This document shows positions 18,602 to 29,580 of a DNA stretch of 63,238 nucleotides, piece after piece (positions within the stretch are counted from its first letter, which is position 1; every line of letters starts with the position of its first letter). The notes beneath the pieces were generated by a model. The model saw nothing but the letters and a program-made list of their open reading frames with translations. It was not told the DNA's origin and made no database searches. Origin of the DNA: Pseudomonadota bacterium (GTDB lineage Bacteria > Pseudomonadota > Alphaproteobacteria > Rhizobiales > CBDHHC01); NCBI GenBank assembly GCA_039033475.1, contig JBCCCO010000006.1, positions 1 to 63,238 on the forward strand, read 5' to 3'. The translations under genes and the position numbers were made by a program.

Positions 18602-19192
18602 ATGACATTTCAAATTACAGGTAAAAATATTGATATAGGAGAGGCTTTAAAAGCGCATATACTAGAGCGCTTGGATCATGCTTTAGATAAATATGTCTCA
18701 ACGCCTCTTTCGGGACATATTCGCATTGAAAAAGAGCGAGGGAACTTTTTAATAGATTGCTCCATACAGCTTGAATCAGGCCTTATACTGCATAGCCATG
18801 GAGAATCACCAGATGCCTACGCATCCGCAGATACGGCTTTTGAGAAGCTTGAAAAACGACTTAGGCGGTATAAAAGGCGGCTAAAAAGCCATTCATCACG
18901 TCATAATCAAAGCCTTAAAGAAATCGGTATTCAAGCTTACGATTATGTATTAAAACCAGAAGATGAGACTTCGGTTGAAAACCAACATGAAGAAGAGCTG
19001 GCTCCTGTTATTGTTGCCGAAACACAGATTAAAATTGATGAATGCTCTGTTGGCGATGCTGTAATGAAAATGGATCTTTCTAACAAGAGTTTTATTATTT
19101 TTAAAAATGCCAGTAATGGTGCTATGAATGTCGTATATAAGCGAGATGATGGGCATATTGGGTGGGTTGATCCAACACATAATGCTACTTAA
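18602..19192 (+). CDS. hpf: Long ribosome hibernation promoting factor (HPF/RaiA)
   Basis: ITGKNIDIGEAL, KRLRRYKRRLK, NVVYKRDDGHIGWVDP. Confidence 0.93.
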   Translation: MTFQITGKNIDIGEALKAHILERLDHALDKYVSTPLSGHIRIEKERGNFLIDCSIQLESGLILHSHGESPDAYASADTAFEKLEKRLRRYKRRLKSHSSRHNQSLKEIGIQAYDYVLKPEDETSVENQHEEELAPVIVAETQIKIDECSVGDAVMKMDLSNKSFIIFKNASNGAMNVVYKRDDGHIGWVDPTHNAT

Positions 19193-19397
19193 ATCTTATT
19201 CATATTTGCTTTAAGCGGGAAATCTCTATATCTGATACCCTATAGCGAGGCCTCAAGTCGTAAGATAATCGATTTATAATAGAATTATTTTTCCAAGTTA
19301 AATTTAATGCAATTTAATTTTGGTTTCGAGCTGTTATTTCATAAAAAACACTCATTAATCGCGTTATTTTTATATTACATCAAAGTGAGATTGGTTC

Positions 19398-19862
19398 ATG
19401 GATTTAGGAGATATGATTACTCAAAATGGTATTCTTCCATGTTTAAAAGTCAGTAGCAAAAAGCAGGTTTTGCAAGAATTGTCTGCTCAAGCTGCAAAAC
19501 TGACAGGAACTGATCAAAGGGATATTTTTGATATTTTATTACAACGTGAGCGCCTTGGTTCAACTGGGGTTGGAAACGGCGTTGCAATACCGCATGGGAA
19601 ACTCTCACATTTGGAGCATATTGTGAGTATTTTTGCGAAATTAGATCATCCCGTTAATTTTGAGTCGATTGATGGACAGCCGGTTGATTTGGTATTTTTG
19701 TTACTTGCTCCAGAAAGTTCTGGTGCGGACCACCTTAAGGCACTTGCTCGCATTTCTCGTTTGCTACGTGAGCCGACTGCTTTGGAGAAGTTGCGGAGCG
19801 CAACGAGCGTATCTGCGCTATACTCCGTTTTGACAGAGCCCGCAGCCTCCCATGCCGCATGA
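19398..19862 (+). CDS. ptsN: PTS EIIA-Ntr
   Basis: RERLGSTGVGNGVAIPHGK, HLKALARISR. Confidence 0.96.
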   Translation: MDLGDMITQNGILPCLKVSSKKQVLQELSAQAAKLTGTDQRDIFDILLQRERLGSTGVGNGVAIPHGKLSHLEHIVSIFAKLDHPVNFESIDGQPVDLVFLLLAPESSGADHLKALARISRLLREPTALEKLRSATSVSALYSVLTEPAASHAA

Positions 19863-19907
19863 TCTGCTGTCATTTGCGCTTACAATACAATGCTTCATGC
19901 AGGTTAA

Positions 19908-20177
19908 TTAGTGTAAACTTAAAGGCTCTAAATCATGCTCTATGGCATCGCCAATAGCACCTGATTTGCTATCTGCAATTGATAAAGGGGTGCCATCCGC
20001 AGCATGGAGCACGAAAAGTGGAATGCCTTTTGGAAAGTCTGTCTCCGTCATCGTTGGAAACATATGAAGAGCCTGATCTGATGTGAGTTCTTTTATGTAA
20101 GCCACTTCTCCACCACCGAGATGGGCAAACTCAATTGTGCTCATTTCGATTTCCATAGTCTCTTTTTGGTGTTCCAT
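19908..20177 (-). CDS. DUF1150 family protein
   Basis: FAHLGGGEVAYIK...LHAADGTPL...LSLH; GAGGAG RBS before Met at 20177; usual partner of Hsp20. Confidence 0.85.
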   Translation of the reverse strand: MEHQKETMEIEMSTIEFAHLGGGEVAYIKELTSDQALHMFPTMTETDFPKGIPLFVLHAADGTPLSIADSKSGAIGDAIEHDLEPLSLH

Positions 20178-20406
20178 GGTTAACTCCTCTTTATACATCT
20201 TTCGATCAGAACATGTGTTCCACACAGCCTGCCACCAATCTATGTTATTATACTTTTAAATGTTATAAAACTTGTTTACGTGACTTTTAATTTTGGATGT
20301 GATCATAATTGATACTTTAATTTCAGATTTTTTAAGTCTTTAATATTTGTTTTGGCTACTTCTTTTCTCATATCTTAAGCTCATACTTTCCCTTAGACTA
20401 CTCATA

Positions 20407-20435
20407 ATATTGGTTTTTTTTATATTTACGCAAGG
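20407..20435 (-). promoter_or_regulatory. Possible RpoH-type promoter upstream of DUF1150
   Basis: Minus strand CTTGC-N16-CCAATAT. Confidence 0.35.
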
Positions 20436-20508
20436 CTTTTGGAGTATCATTTCAGGCCACAATATATTTTTTTATTTCAATATCATTTCATGATATGGCA
20501 TGTTTTAT

Positions 20509-20928
20509 TTAATTGATTTCAATTGTGTTAAGCACACTTTCGTCTTCTGGCTGCAAAAGTTCTATAGATAATAGCCCGTTTTCCAGTTCTGCCGAGATGT
20601 TCTCTACTCTTTCAGCCAATAAAAAAGCCTTACGGAATTTCCTTTTTGCAATACCTTGATGCAAATACTCTATATCATGGTTAATTTGTTTATTGCCTTG
20701 AATGATTAATTGTCTATTTTCTATATGAATTTCAAGTTCGTGTCTTTCAAAACCCGCAACAGCTAGTGTAATGCGAATAATACCTTGCTCACTATTTTCT
20801 GCGATAAAACGCTCAATATTGTACGGAGGATAGGTGCTGTCTGAACTTTGAGAAATTTTTTCTAACGCATGCTCTAGATCTTCAAACCCTAGAAGTAATG
20901 GATGATTGAGAGAGGCAATCCGAGACAT
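20509..20928 (-). CDS. Small heat-shock protein Hsp20 (IbpA-like)
   Basis: YPPYNIE, ITLAVAGF, YLHQGIA, AELENGLLSI. Confidence 0.92.
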   Translation of the reverse strand: MSRIASLNHPLLLGFEDLEHALEKISQSSDSTYPPYNIERFIAENSEQGIIRITLAVAGFERHELEIHIENRQLIIQGNKQINHDIEYLHQGIAKRKFRKAFLLAERVENISAELENGLLSIELLQPEDESVLNTIEIN

Positions 20929-21307
20929 AATATCGTGGCACAATTTTCATGAATTTATAAAATATGCATGAACAAATTTACTTTATTTACATGAGGTTAA
21001 CACACGTTTTTTAGAAACTAAAGTTATTATTTTTCAGACAGGTTAATCCCAGAAATATCTTTTAAGCGCTGCCTTTCACTTTATAACCTAACCAACAGCT
21101 AAGTTGTGCATGGTAATGTCAGTCTGATTTATGCATTTGATGTTATGTCTAAATTTTATGTTCTTAAATTATTTTAGATCGCTCTAAACTCGTCTCTCTA
21201 ACTCACTCTCAACATTATGATTTACTATTGATATTGCTAATATGTTCAAACATGGTGTAGTGATGTTTGAAAATGCATAATTTTGATAGAACTTAAAATA
21301 GATCTCT

Positions 21308-24300
21308 ATGCCAAAACGCAATGATATTAAATCCATTCTCATTATTGGAGCCGGGCCCATTATTATTGGCCAGGCCTGTGAATTTGACTATTCTGGAACG
21401 CAAGCTTGCAAGGCCTTAAAAGAAGAGGGATATCGAATTATCCTGGTCAATTCTAATCCAGCGACGATTATGACAGATCCTGATCTTGCTGATGCAACAT
21501 ATATCGAGCCCATTACACCTGAAATTGTTGAAAAAATTATTGCGAAGGAGCGGCCAGATGCCTTGCTGCCGACTATGGGTGGACAAACTGCGCTGAACAC
21601 CGCTTTAACGCTGAATAAAAACAATGTTCTCAAAAAATATAATGTTGAGATGATTGGAGCGAATGCAGAGGTTATTGACAAAGCGGAAGACCGATATTTG
21701 TTTCGTGAAGCGATGCGACAAATTGGCCTTGAAACTCCGAAATCAAAACTTGCGCATAATTTTCAAGAGGCCAGTGATGCTCTAGAATTTATTGGACTGC
21801 CAGCTATTATCCGGCCATCTTTTACTCTTGGCGGTACAGGCGGGGGGATTGCCTATAACCGTGAAGAATTTTTTCACATTATTGAGCGCGGCCTAGATGC
21901 CTCTCCAACAACCGAAGTTCTGATTGAAGAATCAGTTTTGGGTTGGAAAGAATATGAAATGGAAGTTGTTCGGGACCGCGATGACAACTGCATTATCATT
22001 TGCTCGATTGAAAATATTGATCCTATGGGCGTGCATACTGGTGATTCCATTACGGTTGCTCCAGCCTTGACCCTTACCGATAAAGAATATCAAATTATGC
22101 GCAATGCATCTTTGGCCGTATTGCGCGAGATTGGTGTAGAGACTGGCGGGTCTAATGTTCAATTTGCAGTAGAGCCAAATACTGGACGTTTGGTGGTTAT
22201 TGAAATGAACCCACGGGTTTCACGGTCTTCTGCGTTGGCATCGAAAGCAACGGGTTTTCCTATTGCGAAAGTTGCGGCCAAATTGGCGATTGGTTATAGC
22301 CTTGACGAACTTGAAAATGACATTACAGGTGGGGCGACACCTGCCTCTTTTGAGCCTAGCATTGATTATATCGTCACAAAAATTCCGCGTTTTGCATTTG
22401 AAAAATTCCCCGGATCAGAACCAACTCTAACAACAGCGATGAAATCTGTTGGCGAGGTTATGGCGATTGGCCGAACGTTTTCTGAGTCTTTACAAAAGGC
22501 GCTACGGTCTTTGGAAACTGGGTTAACTGGGCTTAATTCTGTTGCGATTTCCGGATTAGGTCAGGGCGATGATAAAAATGCAATACGGGCTGCGTTGGCT
22601 GTTCCTTCACCTGACCGCCTGTTAAAAGTTGCTGAGGCAATGCGACAAGGGGCCGAGCTTGAGCAAATTTATAACTGTTGTGCAATTGATCCATGGTTTT
22701 TGGAGCAAATTCAAAACATTATCTCTATTGAGCAAAAAATTATATCTCAGGGTTTGCCACAGTCTCAAAAGCTTTTGAGAGAAATCAAAGCCATGGGCTT
22801 TTCAGATGAGCGTCTGGCGGAATTGGCAGGTTTGGATATAACCGATGTTCAGGCCTTGCGACAAGAGTTGCATGTTCAGCCGGTTTATAAGCGCATTGAT
22901 ACCTGCGCTGCTGAGTTTGCCTCACCTACTGCGTACATGTATGCCACTTATGAAAATGGTTTGTTTGATCAGCCCGATTGCGAGGCTGAACCGTCTGATG
23001 CAAAAAAGATTGTCATTTTGGGTGGAGGTCCTAATCGTATCGGACAAGGCATTGAATTTGATTATTGCTGTTGCCATGCCGCCTTTGCCCTATCTAAGGT
23101 CGGTTTTGAAACCATTATGATCAATTGTAATCCAGAGACGGTTTCGACGGATTATGATACCTCTGATCGGCTATATTTCGAGCCCCTCACAGCTGAGGAT
23201 GTGATTGAAATTATTCGCAAAGAGCAAGAAGCTGGCGAAGTTCTTGGGGTTATTGTGCAATTTGGGGGGCAGACACCGCTGAAATTGGCTGCTGCCCTTG
23301 AGGCGCATGCCATTCCCATCTTAGGCACATCTCCTGAGGCAATTGATTTGGCTGAGGACCGCGATCGTTTTAAGGATCTGATTGAAAAACTTGATATTCG
23401 CCAACCCAATAATGGTATTGCGAGAAGTGAAAAAGAAGCTTTAGAGATTGCTGAAGATATCGGTTTTCCTTTGGTGATACGCCCGTCTTATGTGCTTGGG
23501 GGCCGGGCAATGGAAATTGTCTATGATCAAGAGCGGCTTAAAACATATATAAAAGATGCTGTGGTTGTCTCTGGCTCTAGTCCGGTTTTGCTCGATTGTT
23601 ATTTGCGTGATGCCATTGAAATCGATGTGGACGCGCTTTCTGACGGGGAAGATGTTTTTATTTGTGGCATTATGCAGCATATTGAAGAAGCTGGTGTGCA
23701 TTCTGGCGATAGCGCCTGTTCACTGCCTGCATATGCCCTTAGCCCAGAAATGATTGCATGTATTGAAGCTCAAACGCGAGATTTGGCGCGTGCTCTCAAT
23801 GTTATTGGTTTGATGAATGTACAGTTTGCGATTCAAAATGAAGACCTCTACATTCTAGAAGTGAACCCTAGGGCCAGTCGCACAGTACCTTTTGTGGCGA
23901 AAGTTATTGGTCAACCGATTGCTGGAATTGCCGCCAAAATTATGGCCGGAACACCCCTTAAAAGCTTTGGCCTTAAGCCTTACCAACTTGAATATACAGC
24001 TGTAAAAGAAGCTGTCTTTCCTTTTGCCAGATTTCCTGGGGTTGACCCTGTTTTGGGCCCTGAAATGCGCTCAACCGGTGAAGTTATGGGCCTTGATACG
24101 GCCTATCCGCTTGCTTTTGCCAAAAGTCAGATTGGAGCTGGAGCGCATGTGCCAACAGAAGGGACCGTATTTGTTTCGGTGAAAGATACAGATAAACCAA
24201 GGCTCGTTGAACCTTTGCGTGATTTGGTGGAGATGGGTTTTGAATTGGTTGCCACGCGAGGAACCAAACGCTACATGGAAGAGCATGATATCCCCTGCGA

Positions 24301-24565
24301 AACAATCAATAAGGTTTTAGAAGGACGTCCCCATATTGTTGATGCCGTTAAAAATAAGGACGTACAGATTGTTTTTAATACAACGGAAGGTGCGCAAGCT
24401 TTAAAAGACAGTCGCTCTATCCGGGAAACCGCCCTGAATTACAATGTTCCATACTACACAACCTTTTCTGGCATCATGGCTGTTACACAAGCTATCCATG
24501 CTTTAAAAGACGGACAACTGGATGTTAAACCACTTCAGGATTATCTTGTAAATTCAATGAAATAG
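21308..24565 (+). CDS. carB: Carbamoyl-phosphate synthase large subunit
   Basis: [17 protein letters not shown], duplicated ATP-grasp domains, MGS domain. Confidence 0.99.
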   Translation: MPKRNDIKSILIIGAGPIIIGQACEFDYSGTQACKALKEEGYRIILVNSNPATIMTDPDLADATYIEPITPEIVEKIIAKERPDALLPTMGGQTALNTALTLNKNNVLKKYNVEMIGANAEVIDKAEDRYLFREAMRQIGLETPKSKLAHNFQEASDALEFIGLPAIIRPSFTLGGTGGGIAYNREEFFHIIERGLDASPTTEVLIEESVLGWKEYEMEVVRDRDDNCIIICSIENIDPMGVHTGDSITVAPALTLTDKEYQIMRNASLAVLREIGVETGGSNVQFAVEPNTGRLVVIEMNPRVSRSSALASKATGFPIAKVAAKLAIGYSLDELENDITGGATPASFEPSIDYIVTKIPRFAFEKFPGSEPTLTTAMKSVGEVMAIGRTFSESLQKALRSLETGLTGLNSVAISGLGQGDDKNAIRAALAVPSPDRLLKVAEAMRQGAELEQIYNCCAIDPWFLEQIQNIISIEQKIISQGLPQSQKLLREIKAMGFSDERLAELAGLDITDVQALRQELHVQPVYKRIDTCAAEFASPTAYMYATYENGLFDQPDCEAEPSDAKKIVILGGGPNRIGQGIEFDYCCCHAAFALSKVGFETIMINCNPETVSTDYDTSDRLYFEPLTAEDVIEIIRKEQEAGEVLGVIVQFGGQTPLKLAAALEAHAIPILGTSPEAIDLAEDRDRFKDLIEKLDIRQPNNGIARSEKEALEIAEDIGFPLVIRPSYVLGGRAMEIVYDQERLKTYIKDAVVVSGSSPVLLDCYLRDAIEIDVDALSDGEDVFICGIMQHIEEAGVHSGDSACSLPAYALSPEMIACIEAQTRDLARALNVIGLMNVQFAIQNEDLYILEVNPRASRTVPFVAKVIGQPIAGIAAKIMAGTPLKSFGLKPYQLEYTAVKEAVFPFARFPGVDPVLGPEMRSTGEVMGLDTAYPLAFAKSQIGAGAHVPTEGTVFVSVKDTDKPRLVEPLRDLVEMGFELVATRGTKRYMEEHDIPCETINKVLEGRPHIVDAVKNKDVQIVFNTTEGAQALKDSRSIRETALNYNVPYYTTFSGIMAVTQAIHALKDGQLDVKPLQDYLVNSMK

Positions 24566-24622
24566 TTTTGAGAATTGTTTTCATTGATAAGCAACAGAAT
24601 ATAAGTTGCTAATAATCACACC

Positions 24623-24719
24623 TAGAGCTTTTTAACTTGAATTGAATTCAATTCAGGTTGAACCGCTCTAGAAACTAAATTTTATAAAAAAAGACTACAG
24701 ATTTTTAACAAATCTGCTA
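24623..24719. repeat. Family-A element, copy 4 (degenerate, opposite orientation)
   Basis: TAGAGC...AACTTGAATTGAATTCAATTCAGGTTGAACCGCTCTA followed by AAAAAAGACTACAG, the reverse complement of the family linker. Confidence 0.75.
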
Positions 24720-24888
24720 TTATCTACTGCTTTATATTTATCTTAAAGCGATACAAGACGTCTTATTTGGGTCACTCAAATAAAGTCCTGATTTTACCCC
24801 GAGAACATATCTTGTTTTGGATTATTTCAGTTTTAAAAACTGTCAGAGCTAAGCTTTATCTTCTTGGAGTGTTTTTCGTGACAGGGGA

Positions 24889-24982
24889 TAGAGCGTATTA
24901 ACCTGAGATACGCTCTAGATATATTGAAAACGAGCAATTTTTACAACTTACACGTAAACTTACTTTAAGTTGTATTGCTCTG
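24889..24982. repeat. Two family-A-related modules in the greA leader
   Basis: TAGAGCGTAT..ATACGCTCTA (24889-24917), then AAAACGAGCAATTTTTACAACTTA...TAAGTTGTATTGCTC ending at the greA RBS. Confidence 0.65.
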
Positions 24983-24997
24983 GAAGGAGAATACATA

Positions 24998-25477
24998 ATG
25001 CCTACGGAAAAAGTTCCTATGACAATTCCAGGATTTCAAGCTCTTGAAACTGAATTGCAAAGATTAAAAACCGTTGAGCGCCCAAGAATTATACAAGCCA
25101 TTGCTGAAGCGCGAGAGCATGGTGATCTGTCTGAGAATGCTGAATATCATGCTGCAAAAGAGTCTCAGGGTTTGAATGAATCCCGTATGGCTGAAATTGA
25201 AGATCAACTTTCCAGAGCAGATGTCATTGATATTACTAAGCTTTCTGGGAAACAAATTAAATTTGGTGCAACAGTTACCGTGGTTGATGAGGACACAGAA
25301 GCTGAAGCGCGTTATCAAATTGTTGGCGAATTTGAAGCTGATGTGAAACAAGGTAAAATTTCTATTACCTCTCCTATTGCCAGAGGTCTTATTGGCAAAT
25401 CTGTTGGCGATTCCATTGAGGTTGCAACTCCAGGTGGCGGCAAAGTCTATGAGATTATAAATGTTGAGTATGCTTAG
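24998..25477 (+). CDS. greA: Transcription elongation factor GreA
   Basis: [31 protein letters not shown]. Confidence 0.98.
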   Translation: MPTEKVPMTIPGFQALETELQRLKTVERPRIIQAIAEAREHGDLSENAEYHAAKESQGLNESRMAEIEDQLSRADVIDITKLSGKQIKFGATVTVVDEDTEAEARYQIVGEFEADVKQGKISITSPIARGLIGKSVGDSIEVATPGGGKVYEIINVEYA

Positions 25478-25583
25478 AGCCTGTCGACTTGAACTGCATT
25501 CCGTTGACACACCCTAAATCATTGGTAATGTAGATCTTTTTCGCAAAACCGACATCTATTTTTGAGTGATGTGCACTTGGCTC

Positions 25584-25688
25584 TACAGCATGTCAATTTA
25601 GGTTACGCCTCATCTGACAAGCTGTAGTCTTTTAAAAATGAGCAATTTTACAACCTGAATTGAATGCAATTCAGGTTGAATTGCTCTA
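25584..25688. repeat. Family-A element, copy 5 (greA-DUF2336)
   Basis: Full-length copy with a few substitutions. Confidence 0.92.
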
Positions 25689-25826
25689 GGGTCTAAATTT
25701 TCAGAATAAAATTTAGAGAAAATTCAAAATTTTATGGTAAATTCTTAAGTTGGAATAATCGGGTTTAGACTTCTTATATTTTTATCTTGCGTTTGGTTTT
25801 GAGTATTCTCATTTGAGGACATAACG

Positions 25827-27002
25827 ATGCAGTCCGCTGTTGAAAGTTTAGAAGTTCTCGAAAGTCTTGCACAAGATAATTCTCCTCAAAATCAAATCGA
25901 AATTATGCATCGCATAACCGATTTGTTTTTGATGACTGAGAACCAGTGCAAAGAAGAAGATACTGAACTCTTTGGCCTTGCGTTAGATCATGTTGCTTAT
26001 AAACTACCTGCCGAACATCGCAAAGAACTCTCGATACGTCTTGCAGAGACGCAAAAAGCACCGAGACGTTTGCTTCTTAAATTAGCGAACGATAAGATTA
26101 TTGTTGCCCAACCCGTCTTAGAACAATCTCCTTGTCTGACGGATAATGATCTCGCCAGTATCGTTGAAGCCAAGGGGTCTCAACATCAACTTGCGATATG
26201 CCACCGTGAAACTTTGCCTATTCCAGTCACAGATGCTCTTATCAAACACGGGGAACAGGACGTTTTGTGTGCTGTTGCCAAAAATGAAGCTGCACAACTG
26301 TCATCTGAAGGATTGCACTACCTCTCAGAGCAAGCCAAGACTATTCAGGTTTTACATCAAACTTTAAAGCAGCGCAAAGTTGATTCCATTTATGATATTG
26401 CTCAAGTCACTGAAGATATCAAACAAACTGTCAAACAAACTGTCAAACAAGAATTGATGCAACGGGTTTCAGATGTTGTCGATGAAAATATTAATCGGAT
26501 TGTTGAAACAAAACTGGCGGCAATCAAAACCGAAACCATTCAAACGCAACTTACAAGCGTTTCAGAAAAGGATATGAGCTCTGCTTTTCAGTTTAGCAAA
26601 AAAGCTATGCGTTCAGGCGGGGATCCGGATCCAAAACGTCAACTGAACGAATTTGCTTTAACTGGGCACGCTAGAGCGCAACGCATTCCAGAGACGGTGA
26701 AAACACTTTCTGGTTTAACACATATTTCCCCCAAAATGGCCGCGCACTGTTTGTTTCGTGCTGATCTTTCAGCGCTAGGGGTTTTGTGTAAAGCCAATCA
26801 TTTTTCTCGCGAGACGTTTTCTGCTTTGTTACAGCTTCGTGTTGTTCATAAAAAACTACCTAAAAGTGTAATGGCCGATGCTCTGCAACGCTATGACGTG
26901 TTGCGCTATGAAAAAGCCCTGAAAGTTATGGACCTACTTGAGCAAAAAATGAAGGATTCTGAAGATTACCAGGATGAAGACGATTTTGCTTCTGATGAAT
27001 GA
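25827..27002 (+). CDS. DUF2336 domain protein
   Basis: RITDLF, LANDKIIVAQPVLEQSPCLTDNDL, HQLAI, VAKN..A.LS pattern. Confidence 0.85.
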   Translation: MQSAVESLEVLESLAQDNSPQNQIEIMHRITDLFLMTENQCKEEDTELFGLALDHVAYKLPAEHRKELSIRLAETQKAPRRLLLKLANDKIIVAQPVLEQSPCLTDNDLASIVEAKGSQHQLAICHRETLPIPVTDALIKHGEQDVLCAVAKNEAAQLSSEGLHYLSEQAKTIQVLHQTLKQRKVDSIYDIAQVTEDIKQTVKQTVKQELMQRVSDVVDENINRIVETKLAAIKTETIQTQLTSVSEKDMSSAFQFSKKAMRSGGDPDPKRQLNEFALTGHARAQRIPETVKTLSGLTHISPKMAAHCLFRADLSALGVLCKANHFSRETFSALLQLRVVHKKLPKSVMADALQRYDVLRYEKALKVMDLLEQKMKDSEDYQDEDDFASDE

Positions 27003-27017
27003 GTTTAATCTCTATAC

Positions 27018-27485
27018 TTAAATCTCCACACCTGGTTCAAATTTCGAACGGCGTATGGCTAAAGACGTCTTCACGCTATCCACATTTTCAGCGGCGGTTA
27101 AATCGTTGATGATAAAATCCTGAAATGTGCTTAGGTTGGGAGCGACACAGCGCAATACGAAATCGATTTCACCTGATAGCATGTAACATTCACGCACGAT
27201 TTCCCAAGCTTCGACTTGTTTCTCAAAGGCCACTAAATCTGTTTCTGCTTGGCTGTGAAGTCCAATATAGGCAAAAGCTGTGAGCTCATATCCCAGCATT
27301 TTTTCTTCCAGCAATGCGTGATACCCCCTGATAACGCCAGCTTCTTCAAGTGCACGGACGCGTCTTAGGCATGGGGGGGCGGAGATGCCTATTCTCTTTG
27401 CCAATTCAACATTGGTGATGCGTCCGTTGTTTTGCAGTTCACGCAAAATTTGAAAATCTATGTCATCTAAGTTATGGCCAACCAT
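27018..27485 (-). CDS. Lrp/AsnC family regulator
   Basis: LDDIDFQILRELQ.NGRITNVELA..IGISAPPCLRRVRALEEAG. Confidence 0.95.
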   Translation of the reverse strand: MVGHNLDDIDFQILRELQNNGRITNVELAKRIGISAPPCLRRVRALEEAGVIRGYHALLEEKMLGYELTAFAYIGLHSQAETDLVAFEKQVEAWEIVRECYMLSGEIDFVLRCVAPNLSTFQDFIINDLTAAENVDSVKTSLAIRRSKFEPGVEI

Positions 27486-27673
27486 AATTTACCTTAATGA
27501 TGTGGTTATTCAGTTCGTAAAATCATATTTAGCTTTGCTGGGAAATTCAAAAATATTTTATGTATGATTAGCATATGATATTGATTGGTTTCATATTTTT
27601 ACTGATTTTATCTTGACTTGTTTGCTAAATCGTTTTGATAACTACCTTAAGAAAAAAATAGTTTATAAATTGT

Positions 27674-28663
27674 ATGCTCAATACCCCGGCAGACTCAAAA
27701 CAAAGAACAGCTTGGCTGATTACGGATGGAAAAGCCGGTATGGATATGCCTTGCCTTGGTGTTGCTGAGGCTCTTGGTTTTAAACCTACCTTCAAACATA
27801 TTACGCTTACAAAACCTTGGTTATGGCTCGCCCCCTGGGGACCTGTTTCTCCCAAATATGCGCCGATGCGAAAGGACAGCCTTTTTCACCCGCCATGGCC
27901 AGATTTGGCAATTGCGACAGGGCGCTTGAGCATTCCATATCTACGCGCCCTGCGCAAAGCCGCAGGACAAAGCACCTACACTGTTATCTTGCAAGATCCG
28001 AAAACTGGAGCAAAAAGCGCTGATCTGATTTGTGTGCCAGCGCATGATCCGTTGCGTGGTGAAAATGTTTTGGCCTTGCCAACAGCGCCGCACACTTATA
28101 GTGAAAACAAACTTGCGCGTTTGCGGGCGAACCCTTTGGCCGTTTTACAAGCTTTACCTGGGCCTCGTGTTGCGCTAGTCCTTGGTGGCCCGAATGCGGT
28201 TTATAACTATGATCAGGCTGCGCTGACGAAATTACAACACAGCCTTAGATCGTTGGTTAAACTTGGTGTGAGTTTTATGGTTACACCTTCACGGCGCACG
28301 CCACAAAGTCTTATTTCAGCAGTAAAACGAGAAATACAGAATGCGCCGAACTTTTTTTGGGAAGGAGATGGGGATAATCCTTATCCCGCCATGCTTGGGA
28401 TTGCAGATGTCCTTATTGTGACTGCTGATTCTGTGAATATGGTCGGAGAGGCTTGTGCAACAGGGCGACCTGTTTATATTTTTGAGCCGAGTGGGGGCTC
28501 GCGTAAATTTCGTAACTTTCACAAAACCTTGCACGACTTTGGAGCGACACGGCTCTTGCCAGAACACGTGCAACATTTGGACACATGGACTTATGATGCT
28601 AAAGCTTTAGATGCTGCTTCTATTCTTGCCCAAGAGATAAACAGACGCATGGCTTTGGGTTAA
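27674..28663 (+). CDS. ELM1/GtrOC1 family protein (glycosyltransferase-like fold)
   Basis: ITDGKAG, PWPDLAIATGR, PAHD, TPSRRTP, DNPY, VTADSVNMVGEA. Confidence 0.88.
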   Translation: MLNTPADSKQRTAWLITDGKAGMDMPCLGVAEALGFKPTFKHITLTKPWLWLAPWGPVSPKYAPMRKDSLFHPPWPDLAIATGRLSIPYLRALRKAAGQSTYTVILQDPKTGAKSADLICVPAHDPLRGENVLALPTAPHTYSENKLARLRANPLAVLQALPGPRVALVLGGPNAVYNYDQAALTKLQHSLRSLVKLGVSFMVTPSRRTPQSLISAVKREIQNAPNFFWEGDGDNPYPAMLGIADVLIVTADSVNMVGEACATGRPVYIFEPSGGSRKFRNFHKTLHDFGATRLLPEHVQHLDTWTYDAKALDAASILAQEINRRMALG

Positions 28664-28703
28664 GACTGCATCTTACTTCAAAATAACGATCAGGATTATA
28701 TAG

Positions 28704-29318
28704 ATGACACACCTTAATATTGAAAAACTTAAATCTGTTCCCCTTGAAACGCAGCCTTATGAACATATTATCGTTCCTGGTTTTTTGGCAGCAGACACCT
28801 TAAAGCGTGTTGTAGAAAATTATCCTGATATTCTCAAGGGAGGATCTTTCCCTCTAGAAAGCGTTGATGTTCCTGATATTTTAGATGATGTGATTAAGGA
28901 AATGGACGGTCCAGCATTTGAGCACGCCATTGCGGAAAAATTTGCGGTCGATATCGCTGATCGGCCGAAAATGTACTCGCTGCGCGGATACTGCCGTAAG
29001 ACAGATGGCAAAATTCATACGGACTCAAAAGATAAGATTGTTACAGTTTTGCTTTATCTCAATGAAGACTGGCCCCATGAGCGCGGAAAATTGCGCTTGT
29101 TGCGCAGTGGACATGATATGGAAGATTATGCCACAGAAGTTCCACCAGACAATGGCACGCTTTTGGTCTTTAAACGTTCAGACAAGTCGTTTCACGGGCA
29201 TGGCTCCTTTGAAGGGGTGCGGCGCTCTATCCAAATGAATTGGATGGTTTCGGAGGGTAAAAAAGGCTTCCACCGCATCCGCCATCAAATTTCAGCACTT
29301 TTTAAAAAGGTGACCTGA
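28704..29318 (+). CDS. 2OG-Fe(II) oxygenase
   Basis: HTD...LLYLN...FHGH...RRS facial-triad pattern. Confidence 0.85.
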   Translation: MTHLNIEKLKSVPLETQPYEHIIVPGFLAADTLKRVVENYPDILKGGSFPLESVDVPDILDDVIKEMDGPAFEHAIAEKFAVDIADRPKMYSLRGYCRKTDGKIHTDSKDKIVTVLLYLNEDWPHERGKLRLLRSGHDMEDYATEVPPDNGTLLVFKRSDKSFHGHGSFEGVRRSIQMNWMVSEGKKGFHRIRHQISALFKKVT

Positions 29319-29349
29319 TCTCATATTTGTGATTGAAATCATCTTTGTG

Positions 29350-29523
29350 TAGTGCATACCATTTAAAATGGTTTTATTTCATTTATATATAAAACCGACA
29401 GTCGTCATCGCAGTGAAAGCGTGAATCTCTTGGAAATTTATCAAGAGATTCCAGCTTTCGCTGGAATGACAATCTGAGAGTATCTTGATAAAAACAAACC
29501 ATTTAAAAATTGGATTGGCTATA
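29350..29523. repeat. Composite element B2: REP-like dimer (29403-29471) in a conserved shell
   Basis: TAGTGCATACCATTTAAAATGGT...CGTCATCGCAGTGAAAGC...GAGATTCCAGCTTTCGCTGGAATGACA...ACCATTTAAAAATTGGATTGGCTATA. Confidence 0.88.
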
Positions 29524-29580
29524 AATCATAATACTGTCCCTACATGCAAAGCCTGACATTTAAAACTTAGAGATAAAACT

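Noticed and set aside
20245-20361. Possible 38-aa minus-strand ORF (MRKEVAKTNIK...) between Hsp20 and DUF1150
   Set aside because: AT-rich, weak RBS, no recognisable motif
26419-26450. 12-bp tandem repeat (KQTV) in the DUF2336 gene
   Set aside because: In-frame, about 2.7 copies; simple slippage, not phase variation
27674-28663. ELM1-family gene plus dynamin as a bacterial analogue of plant mitochondrial fission
   Set aside because: The genes are about 25 kb apart, and ELM1 sits in an ordinary greA-lrp-trxB neighbourhood; no evidence of linkage
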